A DNA stretch of 20,000 nt from an uncultured virus (IMG/VR IMGVR_UViG_3300047561_001544) (lineage: Duplodnaviria > Heunggongvirae > Uroviricota > Caudoviricetes): the IMG/VR virus record IMGVR_UViG_3300047561_001544, one strand, 5' to 3'. Position 1 is the stretch's first letter; each line of letters opens with the position of its first letter. Both the position numbers and the translations under genes were made by a program. The notes below the pieces were generated by a model, which was not told where the DNA came from, searched no databases, and saw nothing but the letters and a program-made list of their open reading frames with translations. This document shows positions 1 to 8,294 of the stretch, one piece after another.

Positions 1-1
1 A

Positions 2-478
2 ATAAAATCCTATGAGCAAGCTTTTCTTGAAACTATAGAAAATATTTTAAGAGTTCAGTGGTTTTTAAAATCAAACAATATTTCATATAAAATGTTAAAT
101 GGATGGGATATATTAACTTATGGTGAAATAAAACCTTTAAGAGAATTTGGTATTAATGAATATGGAATTGCAGATGAAATTAATATTAATGGAAGTCAAT
201 ATTTGGATGATAACTATGAAAGTATTAATAATAATTTAATTATTGATAAATTTAAATGGGTACAACCTTTATGGGATTTAATTGATTGGAATAACTACTG
301 GACATATAATGATGATAAAATTAAATATGGTGGCATTATACAATGGGTAAAAAGAAATTTGCCAAAAGAAATTTGGCATCCGCATGATGGAGATTTTCAT
401 CCACATCAAAAAGCTCATGAATTATTTGCAGATTATGCGATAAAGAACATTTTTCGGGAAATCTATGAAGAAAATTAA
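2..478 (+). CDS. 5'-truncated SGNH/GDSL-hydrolase-like phage protein
   Basis: The frame of ORF 92..478 is open back to position 2 (IKSYEQAFLETIENILRVQWFLKSNNISYKM...), so the gene starts upstream of the window. C-terminal DGDFHPHQKAHELFA resembles the SGNH block V DxxHP motif. Confidence 0.55.
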   Translation: MKSYEQAFLETIENILRVQWFLKSNNISYKMLNGWDILTYGEIKPLREFGINEYGIADEININGSQYLDDNYESINNNLIIDKFKWVQPLWDLIDWNNYWTYNDDKIKYGGIIQWVKRNLPKEIWHPHDGDFHPHQKAHELFADYAIKNIFREIYEEN

Positions 479-591
479 ATTTATTCTATATAATATATAT
501 TATTTCTTTACAGATTATAAAAAATTTAAGATAAATAGAAAAATAAATAAAATGCAAAAAAAATATCCAAATATATACCCTCTTTACTAAT

Positions 592-1584
592 ATGAAAATA
601 TTGCCTTCTAAATCTATTTATTATGATAATGTTAATTTAGTTGCACAGCCGACCGAAGTAAAATCTCGTAAAGATATTCCACAAGAGTTAGAGAGAATTA
701 TGGTTAGTCCAATGCAGTCAATTGTTGGGCCAATTTTTGCGAAAAAAGCCCTTGAACTCGGGCTTTCGGTTTGTTTGCATCGTTTTAATTCAACAATTCA
801 AGAACGGTTAAAGTTAATTAATGATGTATTTATGAATATGACCGACCCAAATATGGCGAAAAGAGTTTGGGTTTCAGTAGGATTAAAAGATTTAGAATAT
901 ATAGAAGCTATTATACATCAAGGAGTAGAGAATATTATTATTGATGTGGCTAATGGATATATGTCTGACGTAATTGAATTTGCGTCACAGATCTTTCATA
1001 AATCGGACAAACGAATTAAAAAAATTATGCTAGGTAATATTCATAGCGATACTATTCTTACGGATTATCAGTACCTTTCTATTTATTTAGGTATTCCAAT
1101 TTATTTTCGTTGCGGGATTGCTAGCGGTAGTGTTTGTAATACTAGCGGAATGACTGGATACAATCGCGGCCAAATTACGGAAATTAATGAATGTGCAACT
1201 TGGGTTGATTCTACTAATAGTAATTTAATTTTAGTTGCTGATGGAGGAATTGCTAATCCAGCTTGTGCAGCTAAGGCTTTTGGCGCAGGAGCGGAATATG
1301 TAATGATGGGCGGTTATTTTGCACATGCTAAAGAGTCTCAGCACGTTATTGATGAGATTTATAAATTTTGGGGTGGTGCTTCAGAATTTCAACAAATAAT
1401 GTCTAAAGGAACGGCTGAACGTCATAGTGAAGGCAAAGAACAGGATATTAATAAAGATAATCTTTTAAACTTGGATAAACTAGTTTCTGATTTATGGGGC
1501 GGTATTAGTAGCGCAGTTAGTTATAGCGGACATAAAACTCTCACAAAATTTATTGGAAATGCGGTGTTTGAGATTAAAGAATAA
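592..1584 (+). CDS. guaC: GMP reductase / IMP dehydrogenase family TIM-barrel enzyme, no CBS domains
   Basis: Motifs YYDNVNLV, SPM, LHRF, IDVANG, catalytic-loop GIASGSVCNT, ADGGI, AKAFGAGAEYVMMGG, SEG and GGISSAVSYSG. Length of 330 aa is typical of GMPR. Confidence 0.85.
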   Translation: MKILPSKSIYYDNVNLVAQPTEVKSRKDIPQELERIMVSPMQSIVGPIFAKKALELGLSVCLHRFNSTIQERLKLINDVFMNMTDPNMAKRVWVSVGLKDLEYIEAIIHQGVENIIIDVANGYMSDVIEFASQIFHKSDKRIKKIMLGNIHSDTILTDYQYLSIYLGIPIYFRCGIASGSVCNTSGMTGYNRGQITEINECATWVDSTNSNLILVADGGIANPACAAKAFGAGAEYVMMGGYFAHAKESQHVIDEIYKFWGGASEFQQIMSKGTAERHSEGKEQDINKDNLLNLDKLVSDLWGGISSAVSYSGHKTLTKFIGNAVFEIKE

Positions 1585-1590
1585 AAATAT

Positions 1591-1677
1591 GGAAGCGTAC
1601 TCAAGCGGTTTACGAGAGAAATTTACTAAATTTCCGAGGTCTAAAAGCCTCCGTGGGTTCGAATCCCACCGCTTCCT
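1591..1677 (+). tRNA. class II tRNA-Ser, anticodon ACT (ACU), no encoded CCA
   Basis: Acceptor GGAAGCG/CGCTTCC; D arm CTC..GG..GAG; anticodon stem GAAAT/ATTTC with loop TT-ACT-AA; long variable arm GAGG..CCTC; T arm GTGGG-TTCGAAT-CCCAC. Confidence 0.88.
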
Positions 1678-1683
1678 TTTTTA

Positions 1684-1711
1684 TTGATATTTCTTAAAAA
1701 CTTTCTATAAT
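1684..1711 (+). promoter_or_regulatory. sigma70-like promoter
   Basis: TTGATA-N16-TATAAT, 8 nt before ATG 1720. Confidence 0.55.
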
Positions 1712-1719
1712 AAGTAAAA

Positions 1720-1914
1720 ATGGAGACTTACTACATAAAATTAACCTTTAAAGGTCGTTATTTTGATATAGGAATAACCCCTGTTGAGTACGATGGTTAT
1801 GATATTGAAGTACGTGTAAAAGAAAAATTATCTGGAGATGATTTTCGATCTTTACGACAATATCTTGAAAATGAAGGATATTTTGAAGCCGCACGAAATT
1901 TTTTAAAAATATAA
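1720..1914 (+). CDS. hypothetical protein, 64 aa
   Basis: ATG ORF directly behind a promoter, with protein-like composition. Confidence 0.7.
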   Translation: METYYIKLTFKGRYFDIGITPVEYDGYDIEVRVKEKLSGDDFRSLRQYLENEGYFEAARNFLKI

Positions 1915-1925
1915 AAATACTAAAT

Positions 1926-2204
1926 ATGAATATAGAACCCTTAGAAGTCAAACTGGTAAAGTCTTCAAAAATTGAAGATGGGGATATTGTAATTATAAAA
2001 ATAGATTCAGAAGATAAGAAAAATTTTGATACAGATAATATCAAAAGTTTGTATAGTCAGATAAAAAAAATGTTAGGAGATAAAAATCTTTCTATATATT
2101 TCTTTCCAAAGAATCTTGATATAGACTTTATAAAAACTCAAGTAGAGAATATTGAATCAAATAAAGATAAAATTAATAATGAAATCGAAACTCCAAATAA
2201 TTAA
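1926..2204 (+). CDS. hypothetical protein, 92 aa
   Basis: ATG ORF packed 11 nt after the previous gene. Confidence 0.7.
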   Translation: MNIEPLEVKLVKSSKIEDGDIVIIKIDSEDKKNFDTDNIKSLYSQIKKMLGDKNLSIYFFPKNLDIDFIKTQVENIESNKDKINNEIETPNN

Positions 2205-2418
2205 AAATATAATTTTACTTTTAATAGTAAGTATAAATAATATTTACAGTCAAGAGAATAAACCATTTGCTTTTATATCCTCCGTTGGTACTTCTGTAAG
2301 ACAGTCGGAATTACAAGCTTTTAACGTAGCCTATATGAATAATCTAAGAGTAGTATCTGTGAGTAATTCGAAACAGGGTAATATCTGGACATCTATAGTA
2401 AAAGTTGTTTCAAAATAA
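2179..2418 (+). CDS. small exported protein with N-terminal signal peptide
   Basis: Likely start at ATG 2179: MKSKLQIIKNIILLLIVSINNIYS-QENKP has a basic N-region, hydrophobic core and possible cleavage site. Confidence 0.6.
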   Translation: MKSKLQIIKNIILLLIVSINNIYSQENKPFAFISSVGTSVRQSELQAFNVAYMNNLRVVSVSNSKQGNIWTSIVKVVSK

Positions 2419-2421
2419 TTT

Positions 2422-2571
2422 ATGAAAATTAAAGAATTAATTAATTTACTTGAAGAAGAAAACCCCAAAGCCAAAGTAATTTTTGAATTTGAGGGCGAAG
2501 AATTGATTGTTGATGAATGGGATATTGAATCCAGCGATAATCTTGTAGTTGTTAAATTGGTAGAAAAATAG
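2422..2571 (+). CDS. small acidic protein, 49 aa (MKIKELINLLEEENPKAKVIFEFEGEELIVDEWDIESSDNLVVVKLVEK); not in the ORF track
   Basis: Translated by hand from ATG 2422 to TAG 2569-2571. Fills the gap exactly and has the common phage 'M(T/K)xKELIxxL..P.A.V' N-terminus. Confidence 0.7.
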   Translation: MKIKELINLLEEENPKAKVIFEFEGEELIVDEWDIESSDNLVVVKLVEK

Positions 2572-2572
2572 A

Positions 2573-2601
2573 TTGACGCGTTCGTAAAAATTCATTAATA
2601 T
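2573..2601 (+). promoter_or_regulatory. sigma70-like promoter
   Basis: TTGACG-N17-TAATAT, 8 nt before ATG 2610. Confidence 0.65.
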
Positions 2602-2609
2602 TCACGTAT

Positions 2610-2915
2610 ATGAAAAAACGTGGTAGAAAAGCTGGAAGCGGCAGTTTCATGCAAGTATCGCTTGAAGAACTCAATCGTGTACTAAAACCCAACGCGCGCG
2701 TTGTTATCTGGAGTCGTTACGGCCAGATGCTCGGAATTGAGGGCAAGAAGATCGAGGCAAACTACGATACTCTCGTGGCGGCAGTTAAGGGTGGCACTAC
2801 AGAAGTTGAAATCGAAACTTTTGGCGCGCAACCCGTAGCCAAACAAGAAGTTAAAAAACAGGACAATACGGAGGAACTCATCCCCAAGCCTTCGGTTTCT
2901 TTTGAGGTGTTTTAA
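2610..2915 (+). CDS. hypothetical protein with basic AT-hook-like N-terminus, possibly DNA-binding
   Basis: Starts MKKRGRKAGSGSF, has its own promoter, and uses GC-richer codons than its neighbours. Confidence 0.7.
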   Translation: MKKRGRKAGSGSFMQVSLEELNRVLKPNARVVIWSRYGQMLGIEGKKIEANYDTLVAAVKGGTTEVEIETFGAQPVAKQEVKKQDNTEELIPKPSVSFEVF

Positions 2916-2916
2916 A

Positions 2917-3117
2917 ATGAAAACTTTTATTAAAATCTTCTGGCCGTTTACCGTTTCGATTTGTATTATGATAATTGGCGCATTTATAATGGGCATTCCA
3001 ATTTCCATTCTATGGAATACTTTTTGCCCTAAAGTGTTCGGCGTAACTAGAATTGACTGGGTAGATGGGGCAATGCTTTATCTTTTGTGCAATCTTCTTT
3101 TTAAAAAGATCGATTGA
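2917..3117 (+). CDS. small membrane protein
   Basis: Likely start at ATG 2917. Two hydrophobic segments separated by LWN..P.VFG. Confidence 0.7.
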   Translation: MKTFIKIFWPFTVSICIMIIGAFIMGIPISILWNTFCPKVFGVTRIDWVDGAMLYLLCNLLFKKID

Positions 3118-3142
3118 CACGCCAATAAAAATCTATTAATAT
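3114..3142 (+). promoter_or_regulatory. sigma70-like promoter
   Basis: TTGACA-N17-TAATAT, 6 nt before ATG 3149. Confidence 0.7.
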
Positions 3143-3148
3143 TCAAAC

Positions 3149-3418
3149 ATGATCACTAAAAAAGACTATACAAAAGATGGTAAACATCCCGAAGATGTTA
3201 TCTATAAGGAAATGGAGTTTCGTAGCGAGGTTAATAAAATGCTCGTGCAGAGATTCGAGCAACTTGTAGTTGATTTGCGTCTTACTGCTGATGGCGCTGA
3301 TTATCTTATGAATTATTTTGATAATTATAGTTTCTTGTATGATAACGAGGAGATACTTGAATTTGATGAGTTTTTGTCTGAAAATTATGGTATTGAATAT
3401 GGGGATATACATAAATGA
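3149..3418 (+). CDS. acidic hypothetical protein, 89 aa
   Basis: ORF behind a promoter, ending where the next gene begins. Confidence 0.7.
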   Translation: MITKKDYTKDGKHPEDVIYKEMEFRSEVNKMLVQRFEQLVVDLRLTADGADYLMNYFDNYSFLYDNEEILEFDEFLSENYGIEYGDIHK

Positions 3419-3663
3419 CTGATGAACTTACAATTAAAGTAAAGGCAAGTTCATGGGCGCGTGTTACGCGCGAACGTGATGAAGCGCGCGCTGAGTGTTT
3501 AGAACAGTGCCGTTTGCTTGCTATGAGTGCGGATCGTGAGGCTAAACTACTTGGAGAGCTTGAGCGCGCAAAAAAATCCCTAGATCATTCTACATGGGTT
3601 CATGGCGCTTGTAATCCGCCGTCTCCAGATTGGCAGAAGTCTAGAGATTCACAAATGTATTGA
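3415..3663 (+). CDS. coiled-coil hypothetical protein with an ERDEAR motif
   Basis: Helical RERDEARAE...ELERAKK segment in a tightly packed ORF. Confidence 0.65.
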   Translation: MTDELTIKVKASSWARVTRERDEARAECLEQCRLLAMSADREAKLLGELERAKKSLDHSTWVHGACNPPSPDWQKSRDSQMY

Positions 3664-3688
3664 CACATTCTCCCAAATGGTATAGACT
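3660..3688 (+). promoter_or_regulatory. sigma70-like promoter
   Basis: TTGACA-N17-TAGACT, 8 nt before ATG 3697. Confidence 0.65.
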
Positions 3689-3696
3689 TGGGAATA

Positions 3697-4098
3697 ATGA
3701 AAATCCGAATCAATAACATCGGTGCAGAGAAAGTTGCATACATTGGTAAGCCTCCCAAAGATGCTGATCTGGAGATCTCCATTGTCAAGTATCATCCAAA
3801 CAGATACTATGGAGAGCTAGAGCCTTATATACAAGGTGGTTGGATAGATTGTGGCAGCTACATTGAGTCCCAAGTTCTAGGGACTATTCACAAAAATTGC
3901 TTCGATAGTCCAGAGACAAATTATGTCATAGCATCTTTAAAGTACAACAAGAAGGAAGATTACACTGAGTTGACTTCAGTTGCTGATAGGTTACTATACA
4001 TTGAGAATGAAGACAAAGAGAACTTCTGGGAGGTTTATAGGTTAGCTGATAAAGAGATGATGAAAAAATTTAGTAATGAACAAGAAGATTCCATATGA
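3697..4098 (+). CDS. hypothetical protein
   Basis: The TTG at 3688 overlaps the -10 box, so ATG 3697 (MKIRINNIGAEK) is preferred. Confidence 0.7.
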   Translation: MKIRINNIGAEKVAYIGKPPKDADLEISIVKYHPNRYYGELEPYIQGGWIDCGSYIESQVLGTIHKNCFDSPETNYVIASLKYNKKEDYTELTSVADRLLYIENEDKENFWEVYRLADKEMMKKFSNEQEDSI

Positions 4099-4567
4099 TT
4101 TAAGTTCAGAAGAAATTGATGAACTAAGAAAAAGAAAAAAAGAAATAAGTGATTTTGTTTTTGAACAATTTAAATTAAATAAAATGAAAAGAGAAATAAA
4201 ATTTAGAGTCTGGGACAAAAAGAATAAAGGCTTTTGTCATAAGGTTCATGAAAATTTCGATTTGATTTATGCTGATGACATATGGTATATTCTAGGTGGA
4301 AAAGCTCTAGATAATAATTTTGTAATGCAGGAATACATTGGACTAAAAGATAAGAATGGCAAAGAGATCTATGAGGGTGACCTTATTAATTTCTTTTGTG
4401 ACTATACTATGGATCTTGGTGATAGGGATGTAATTGAATACAAAAATCAAGAAGTTTATTATGATGAGAGACTTGCTGGATTCTATTTTGGTAAAGATGG
4501 ATTCCAAATGCTTGATAAAATCATGCCTGAGACTTTAGAGGTTGTTGGTAGCAATAATGAATTTTAA
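4076..4567 (+). CDS. YopX family protein; domain begins at Met 4184
   Basis: MKREIKFRVWDK, MQEYIGLKDKNGKEIYEGD and LEVVGS are YopX signature motifs. Confidence 0.88.
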   Translation: MNKKIPYDLSSEEIDELRKRKKEISDFVFEQFKLNKMKREIKFRVWDKKNKGFCHKVHENFDLIYADDIWYILGGKALDNNFVMQEYIGLKDKNGKEIYEGDLINFFCDYTMDLGDRDVIEYKNQEVYYDERLAGFYFGKDGFQMLDKIMPETLEVVGSNNEF

Positions 4568-4838
4568 AGACATTCATAATAGACAGATAAACAAGGGCGA
4601 TAAGGTTCTGGTTTATATTCAGAAATATGCGCGCGCGCACGTTGGCGAGAATGTTTATGAAGTCGATGCGTCGAAACCATATCCAGTAGCCGATGTGCCA
4701 ATGGCGCGTGGGCGCGTAGAGTGGGACAAAGATTTTAATAGTTTTGTTGTGCGTTATGATTGGACTTGTGACTCTTGGAAACATAAATCCGCCTCTCAAA
4801 TGGAGGGCGGTAATTATGCTTACGAAATTATTGATTAA
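4557..4838 (+). CDS. hypothetical protein with a YopX-like 'KD..NRQINKGDKV' start
   Basis: ATG 4557 overlaps the end of the YopX gene. Confidence 0.65.
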   Translation: MNFKDIHNRQINKGDKVLVYIQKYARAHVGENVYEVDASKPYPVADVPMARGRVEWDKDFNSFVVRYDWTCDSWKHKSASQMEGGNYAYEIID

Positions 4839-4845
4839 ATTTTAA

Positions 4846-5085
4846 ATGCGATACAGAATTAAACAAGTAGAAAAGTACGGAGAAAAATACTTCTATCCTC
4901 AGTATAAGAAGTTTCTTTTTTGGAGAAGGTTTGTCTGGTGGGGGGGAGAAGATGGATATACACCTAAAACAGTTTGGTACAAATATAAGGAAGAAGCTCT
5001 TGAGGCAATTGAAAAAGATAAAATAGAGCGAAGAGAGGAATCTCTTGAAGTTCCTAAAAAAACTATATATCATTACGTAGATTAA
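4846..5085 (+). CDS. hypothetical phage protein, 79 aa
   Basis: MRYRIKQ...FYPQYKKFLFW...EEALEAIE is a pattern common in small phage proteins. Confidence 0.7.
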   Translation: MRYRIKQVEKYGEKYFYPQYKKFLFWRRFVWWGGEDGYTPKTVWYKYKEEALEAIEKDKIERREESLEVPKKTIYHYVD

Positions 5086-5104
5086 TAATATAAAAATTAA
5101 CAAT

Positions 5105-5326
5105 ATGAAAATTGAAATTACAGACGATAGCGTAGATGAAATCATTTTGAATGGATTAAAAGAACAGAGGGATTTTATGTCTTCAGATTTAAAAAAATTA
5201 AAAAAGATTAAAAATCCAAAGCGTTACGTTCAAGAGGATATTGTATATCATACCAACTGCTTGCAGGCTTTAAAGACGGTAATCGCGCACTATAGTCCAA
5301 GCAGCAAGGTTCTGGGGGATTATTAA
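5105..5326 (+). CDS. hypothetical protein, 73 aa
   Basis: Packed ORF abutting the next start codon. Confidence 0.7.
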   Translation: MKIEITDDSVDEIILNGLKEQRDFMSSDLKKLKKIKNPKRYVQEDIVYHTNCLQALKTVIAHYSPSSKVLGDY

Positions 5327-5587
5327 ATGAAATATAAATTTGTAGAAACACAGGGCTGCCTATCTTCTGGCTTCACTATTAATGATGAAGAAATACAGGA
5401 TGTGCCCAGAGAAAAACAAAAAGAAATTGTAGATTATCTTTGCGAACAGATCAAAGACGGTTTCGCTAATGGAAGCATCTCCGTGCTAGATATCGTAAAG
5501 ACATTCGAAGTGCATTACAATGGAATAGAAAAAAATCGTTGCGAGACATGCGGCGACAGAGTATCTTGGGAGATTTGGGAGCTATGA
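5327..5587 (+). CDS. hypothetical protein with C-terminal CxxC (CETCGD)
   Basis: Packed ORF with an ATGA overlap to the next gene. Confidence 0.7.
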   Translation: MKYKFVETQGCLSSGFTINDEEIQDVPREKQKEIVDYLCEQIKDGFANGSISVLDIVKTFEVHYNGIEKNRCETCGDRVSWEIWEL

Positions 5588-5940
5588 AAGAAGATATTAA
5601 TGAATTAAAAACGCTTTTAAAAGTCATGGAGCAAGCTAAACACGCCACCTTGCAGCGCGAAGGTTTTGCCGTGGAAGAGCGTGATAAGGCGAGAGAGCTT
5701 TTCCAAACCGCGATGGAACTTGCCAAAAAATATAAAGACGAGCGAGACGATGCAAGGCTTGAATGGGATCATTGTCTGAATCTAGCAAATAAACTTTTAA
5801 AAGAGCGTGACGAATACAAAATCGGACATGATCGTTACGAAAAATTGCGCCGATTAAATTTGCAACAAATTAAAGAGTTGTATTTAAGAAATTTGCGAAC
5901 TGCAGAACATTTTGATACGCTTGTAGATAAGTTAAATTGA
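5584..5940 (+). CDS. coiled-coil protein with repeated ERD(K/D/E)A motifs
   Basis: ATG 5584 lies in an ATGA overlap. Contains EERDKAR, DERDDAR and KERDEYK. Confidence 0.7.
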   Translation: MKEDINELKTLLKVMEQAKHATLQREGFAVEERDKARELFQTAMELAKKYKDERDDARLEWDHCLNLANKLLKERDEYKIGHDRYEKLRRLNLQQIKELYLRNLRTAEHFDTLVDKLN

Positions 5941-6335
5941 ATAAAGTAATTACAGTTGATTTTGACGAAACCTTAGCTGTTAATTCATCAACAGCTTGGG
6001 GAGGAACTATGCTTGTTCCTGTAGAGCGTATTGTCAAATTTATTAAATCAAAAATTGATTCTGGATTTCATGTTTATGTTGTTACCTTCCGTAATTGGAA
6101 TAATAAAAAAGAAATTATTGACTTTTGCAAAGCATATGATATTAAAATTAAAGATGTTATTTGCACAGAAGGAAAGACTAAAACAGAATTTATAAAACGG
6201 CTAAATAGTTCTTTGCATATTGATGATCATGTTGAAACTTGCACACTATTAACTATGGCTGGGATTGAAGTTCTGCTTGTGGATTGGGATCAAGAAAAAA
6301 ATAATTTAATGGCACAACATTTTAATAAAATATGA
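5937..6335 (+). CDS. HAD-superfamily hydrolase/phosphatase
   Basis: Motif I VDFDETL, motif II VVTFR, motif III Lys (GKTK), motif IV HIDD. Confidence 0.8.
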   Translation: MNKVITVDFDETLAVNSSTAWGGTMLVPVERIVKFIKSKIDSGFHVYVVTFRNWNNKKEIIDFCKAYDIKIKDVICTEGKTKTEFIKRLNSSLHIDDHVETCTLLTMAGIEVLLVDWDQEKNNLMAQHFNKI

Positions 6336-6514
6336 TAACTGATAAACAAAGATTAGATTGGTTACAACAAGGGCATGAGATTATAGCTCTTATATCTAAA
6401 GATGGAAAAAGCACTGTGTTCACAAGCAATTTTGTAGAACAAGATTGGGCCGAGTTTGAAAGCGTTAGAGACGCTATTGATTTTGGAATTAATTACAATA
6501 AAAAATTGCTATGA
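6332..6514 (+). CDS. small phage protein, 60 aa
   Basis: TDKQRLDWL...SVRDAID pattern with ATGA overlaps on both sides. Confidence 0.7.
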   Translation: MITDKQRLDWLQQGHEIIALISKDGKSTVFTSNFVEQDWAEFESVRDAIDFGINYNKKLL

Positions 6515-6675
6515 ATAACGATATACAAGCCGAGATTGAACGCCTACACGATCTACTCAAAACACAAGAAGAATCTATGAGCGTTCTTCTTTCTAATTAT
6601 GAGCATTTAAAAGCGCGCGTTGTGGAGATCGAACAATTCTTGCACAGAAAAACAAAAACTTCTCGTTGTTGTTAA
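6511..6675 (+). CDS. small coiled-coil protein, 54 aa (MNNDIQAEIERLHDLLK...SRCC); not in the ORF track
   Basis: Translated by hand. ATGA overlap upstream and TAATG overlap downstream. Confidence 0.65.
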   Translation: MNNDIQAEIERLHDLLKTQEESMSVLLSNYEHLKARVVEIEQFLHRKTKTSRCC

Positions 6676-6839
6676 TGAATTATTACTCTGAAACCATATT
6701 CAATATCGTCTGGAATCTAGAGAATATTCTTAAAAAAGATCCTGACTATACTATTAGTCCAAATGACGTAGAGATGCTTGACAAGGCGTCAAAAATAATA
6801 CATAATGTTATTAAGCAATTAAAAGAAAGAAATTCATGA
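6675..6839 (+). CDS. small protein, 54 aa (MNYYSETIFNIVWNLENILK...ERNS); not in the ORF track
   Basis: Translated by hand. TAATG and ATGA couplings at its two ends. Confidence 0.6.
   Translation: MNYYSETIFNIVWNLENILKKDPDYTISPNDVEMLDKASKIIHNVIKQLKERNS
6778..6806 (+). promoter_or_regulatory. possible internal sigma70-like promoter
   Basis: TTGACA-N17-CATAAT, about 30 nt before ATG 6836. Confidence 0.5.
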
Positions 6840-7270
6840 AAGAAGAACTCGAAATCCAACTAGTAAGTAAGTATCCAGACATTCTGCGCGATTATAAGGG
6901 CGACAAAATGGTAACCTGTATGCATTGGGGTATGGAATGTCAAGAGGGTTGGTATGACCTTCTTGATAGACTAATGAATAAATTAAACTTTATTTCTAAA
7001 AGACTGGGTATTCAAGTCATAGCCAATCAAATCAAGGAAAAGTTTGGTACTCTTCGTTTCTATTATACAGTTATTATTAAAGATGAGAAGGCTGTTGACG
7101 ATACAACTTTTGATATTGTTAGCGATATTGTTTCGTCGGCAGAGAGGCAATCAGAAAATACTTGTGAGTCGTGCGGCAAGCATGGTGAGCTATGCACAAA
7201 CGGTGGGTGGCTTAAAACGTGCTGCCCAGAGTGTGCGACTGAAAAAGGATATACTCCTACTGATGCATAG
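6836..7270 (+). CDS. conserved phage protein of the KEKFGxLRFY type with a C-terminal Zn-ribbon
   Basis: ECQEGWYDLL, QIKEKFGTLRFY, CESCG and GWLKTCCPEC. Confidence 0.8.
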   Translation: MKEELEIQLVSKYPDILRDYKGDKMVTCMHWGMECQEGWYDLLDRLMNKLNFISKRLGIQVIANQIKEKFGTLRFYYTVIIKDEKAVDDTTFDIVSDIVSSAERQSENTCESCGKHGELCTNGGWLKTCCPECATEKGYTPTDA

Positions 7271-7345
7271 ATTTTTTAATTAGCCACAATAAAAAATTAC
7301 TAAAATATATTGAATATAACTTTATTTTATAATAATATATAATAT

Positions 7346-8203
7346 ATGTATATACTAATTTTAGGTAAAGGGTTTATTGGAACCAGTATTTCCAAATATT
7401 TTAAACGTAATAATATTGAGCATAAGATTTACTCTCAATCTGAATTAGATTATACTAATACAAATATTTTTGAAGAGTATCTTAAAAATAATAATCAAAA
7501 TATTAGATGGGTTATTAATTGCTCAGGTTATACTGGAGTACCAAACGTAGACGCATGTGAAGACACCAAAGAGCTTTGCTATGCTTACAATGTTATTTAT
7601 CCTATGCAGGTTGTTAGAACTTGCCATAATCTAGATGTACCAATAATACATATTGGTTCTGGATGTATTTATTCTGGCTACGATAAAGATTATAATGAAA
7701 ATGACACGCCAAATTTTGGTATTTACTCTAACGAGTCTTCATACTACTCAAAGTGCAAACATATTTTTGAGACGTTTGCTAAAGATTTTAATTGTTATAT
7801 TTTTAGAATTAGGATTCCTTTTACAGAAACTCTAACAAGAAAAAATTATTTTAGTAAAATACTGGCGTATGACTCTCTTATTAACGAACTTAATTCAGTA
7901 ACCTCTGTTAATGATTTTAATAATTTTATAGTGAGGTTTATGGCAGTTAAACCAAAATATGGTATTTATAATGTTGTTAATCCACAACCTATTAAAGCAG
8001 AAGATGTTGTTAGTTTGCTTGAACTTCATGGTTTAAAAAATCCAAACTGGAAATTCATAAAGCTTAAAGACCTTAATACAAAGGCTAACAGATCGAATTG
8101 CGTATTATCAACAGATAAAATAAATAATCTTGGTTTGCAACTTCCTAATACAAACGACTCATTAGTTAGGGATATGGTTGCTTTAGCACGTTCACAGGAT
8201 TAG
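7346..8203 (+). CDS. RmlD-like NDP-sugar reductase (3,5-epimerase/4-reductase-type SDR)
   Basis: LGKGFIG Rossmann motif, INCSGYTGVPNVDACE, SGCIY, YSKCK (YxxxK), RIRIP, GIYNVVNP and RSNCVL. Confidence 0.85.
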   Translation: MYILILGKGFIGTSISKYFKRNNIEHKIYSQSELDYTNTNIFEEYLKNNNQNIRWVINCSGYTGVPNVDACEDTKELCYAYNVIYPMQVVRTCHNLDVPIIHIGSGCIYSGYDKDYNENDTPNFGIYSNESSYYSKCKHIFETFAKDFNCYIFRIRIPFTETLTRKNYFSKILAYDSLINELNSVTSVNDFNNFIVRFMAVKPKYGIYNVVNPQPIKAEDVVSLLELHGLKNPNWKFIKLKDLNTKANRSNCVLSTDKINNLGLQLPNTNDSLVRDMVALARSQD

Positions 8204-8260
8204 AGTTTAAGACTTATCTATATTAAAAAAATTGTTCAATAATAAATTGTAAAAAAACTC

Positions 8261-8288
8261 TTGTAAACTGTAAAAATACTGGTATATT
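8261..8288 (+). promoter_or_regulatory. sigma70-like promoter with extended -10
   Basis: TTGTAA-N16-TATATT with TGn just upstream of the -10, 6 nt before ATG 8295. Confidence 0.5.
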
Positions 8289-8294
8289 GACAAT

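Noticed and set aside
1618..1634. Reading the tRNA at 1591 as an amber suppressor (CTA lies in the loop), which would explain the TAG at 16370
   Set aside because: The perfect GAAAT/ATTTC stem centres ACT at positions 34-36. A CTA register needs A33 and destroys the stem.
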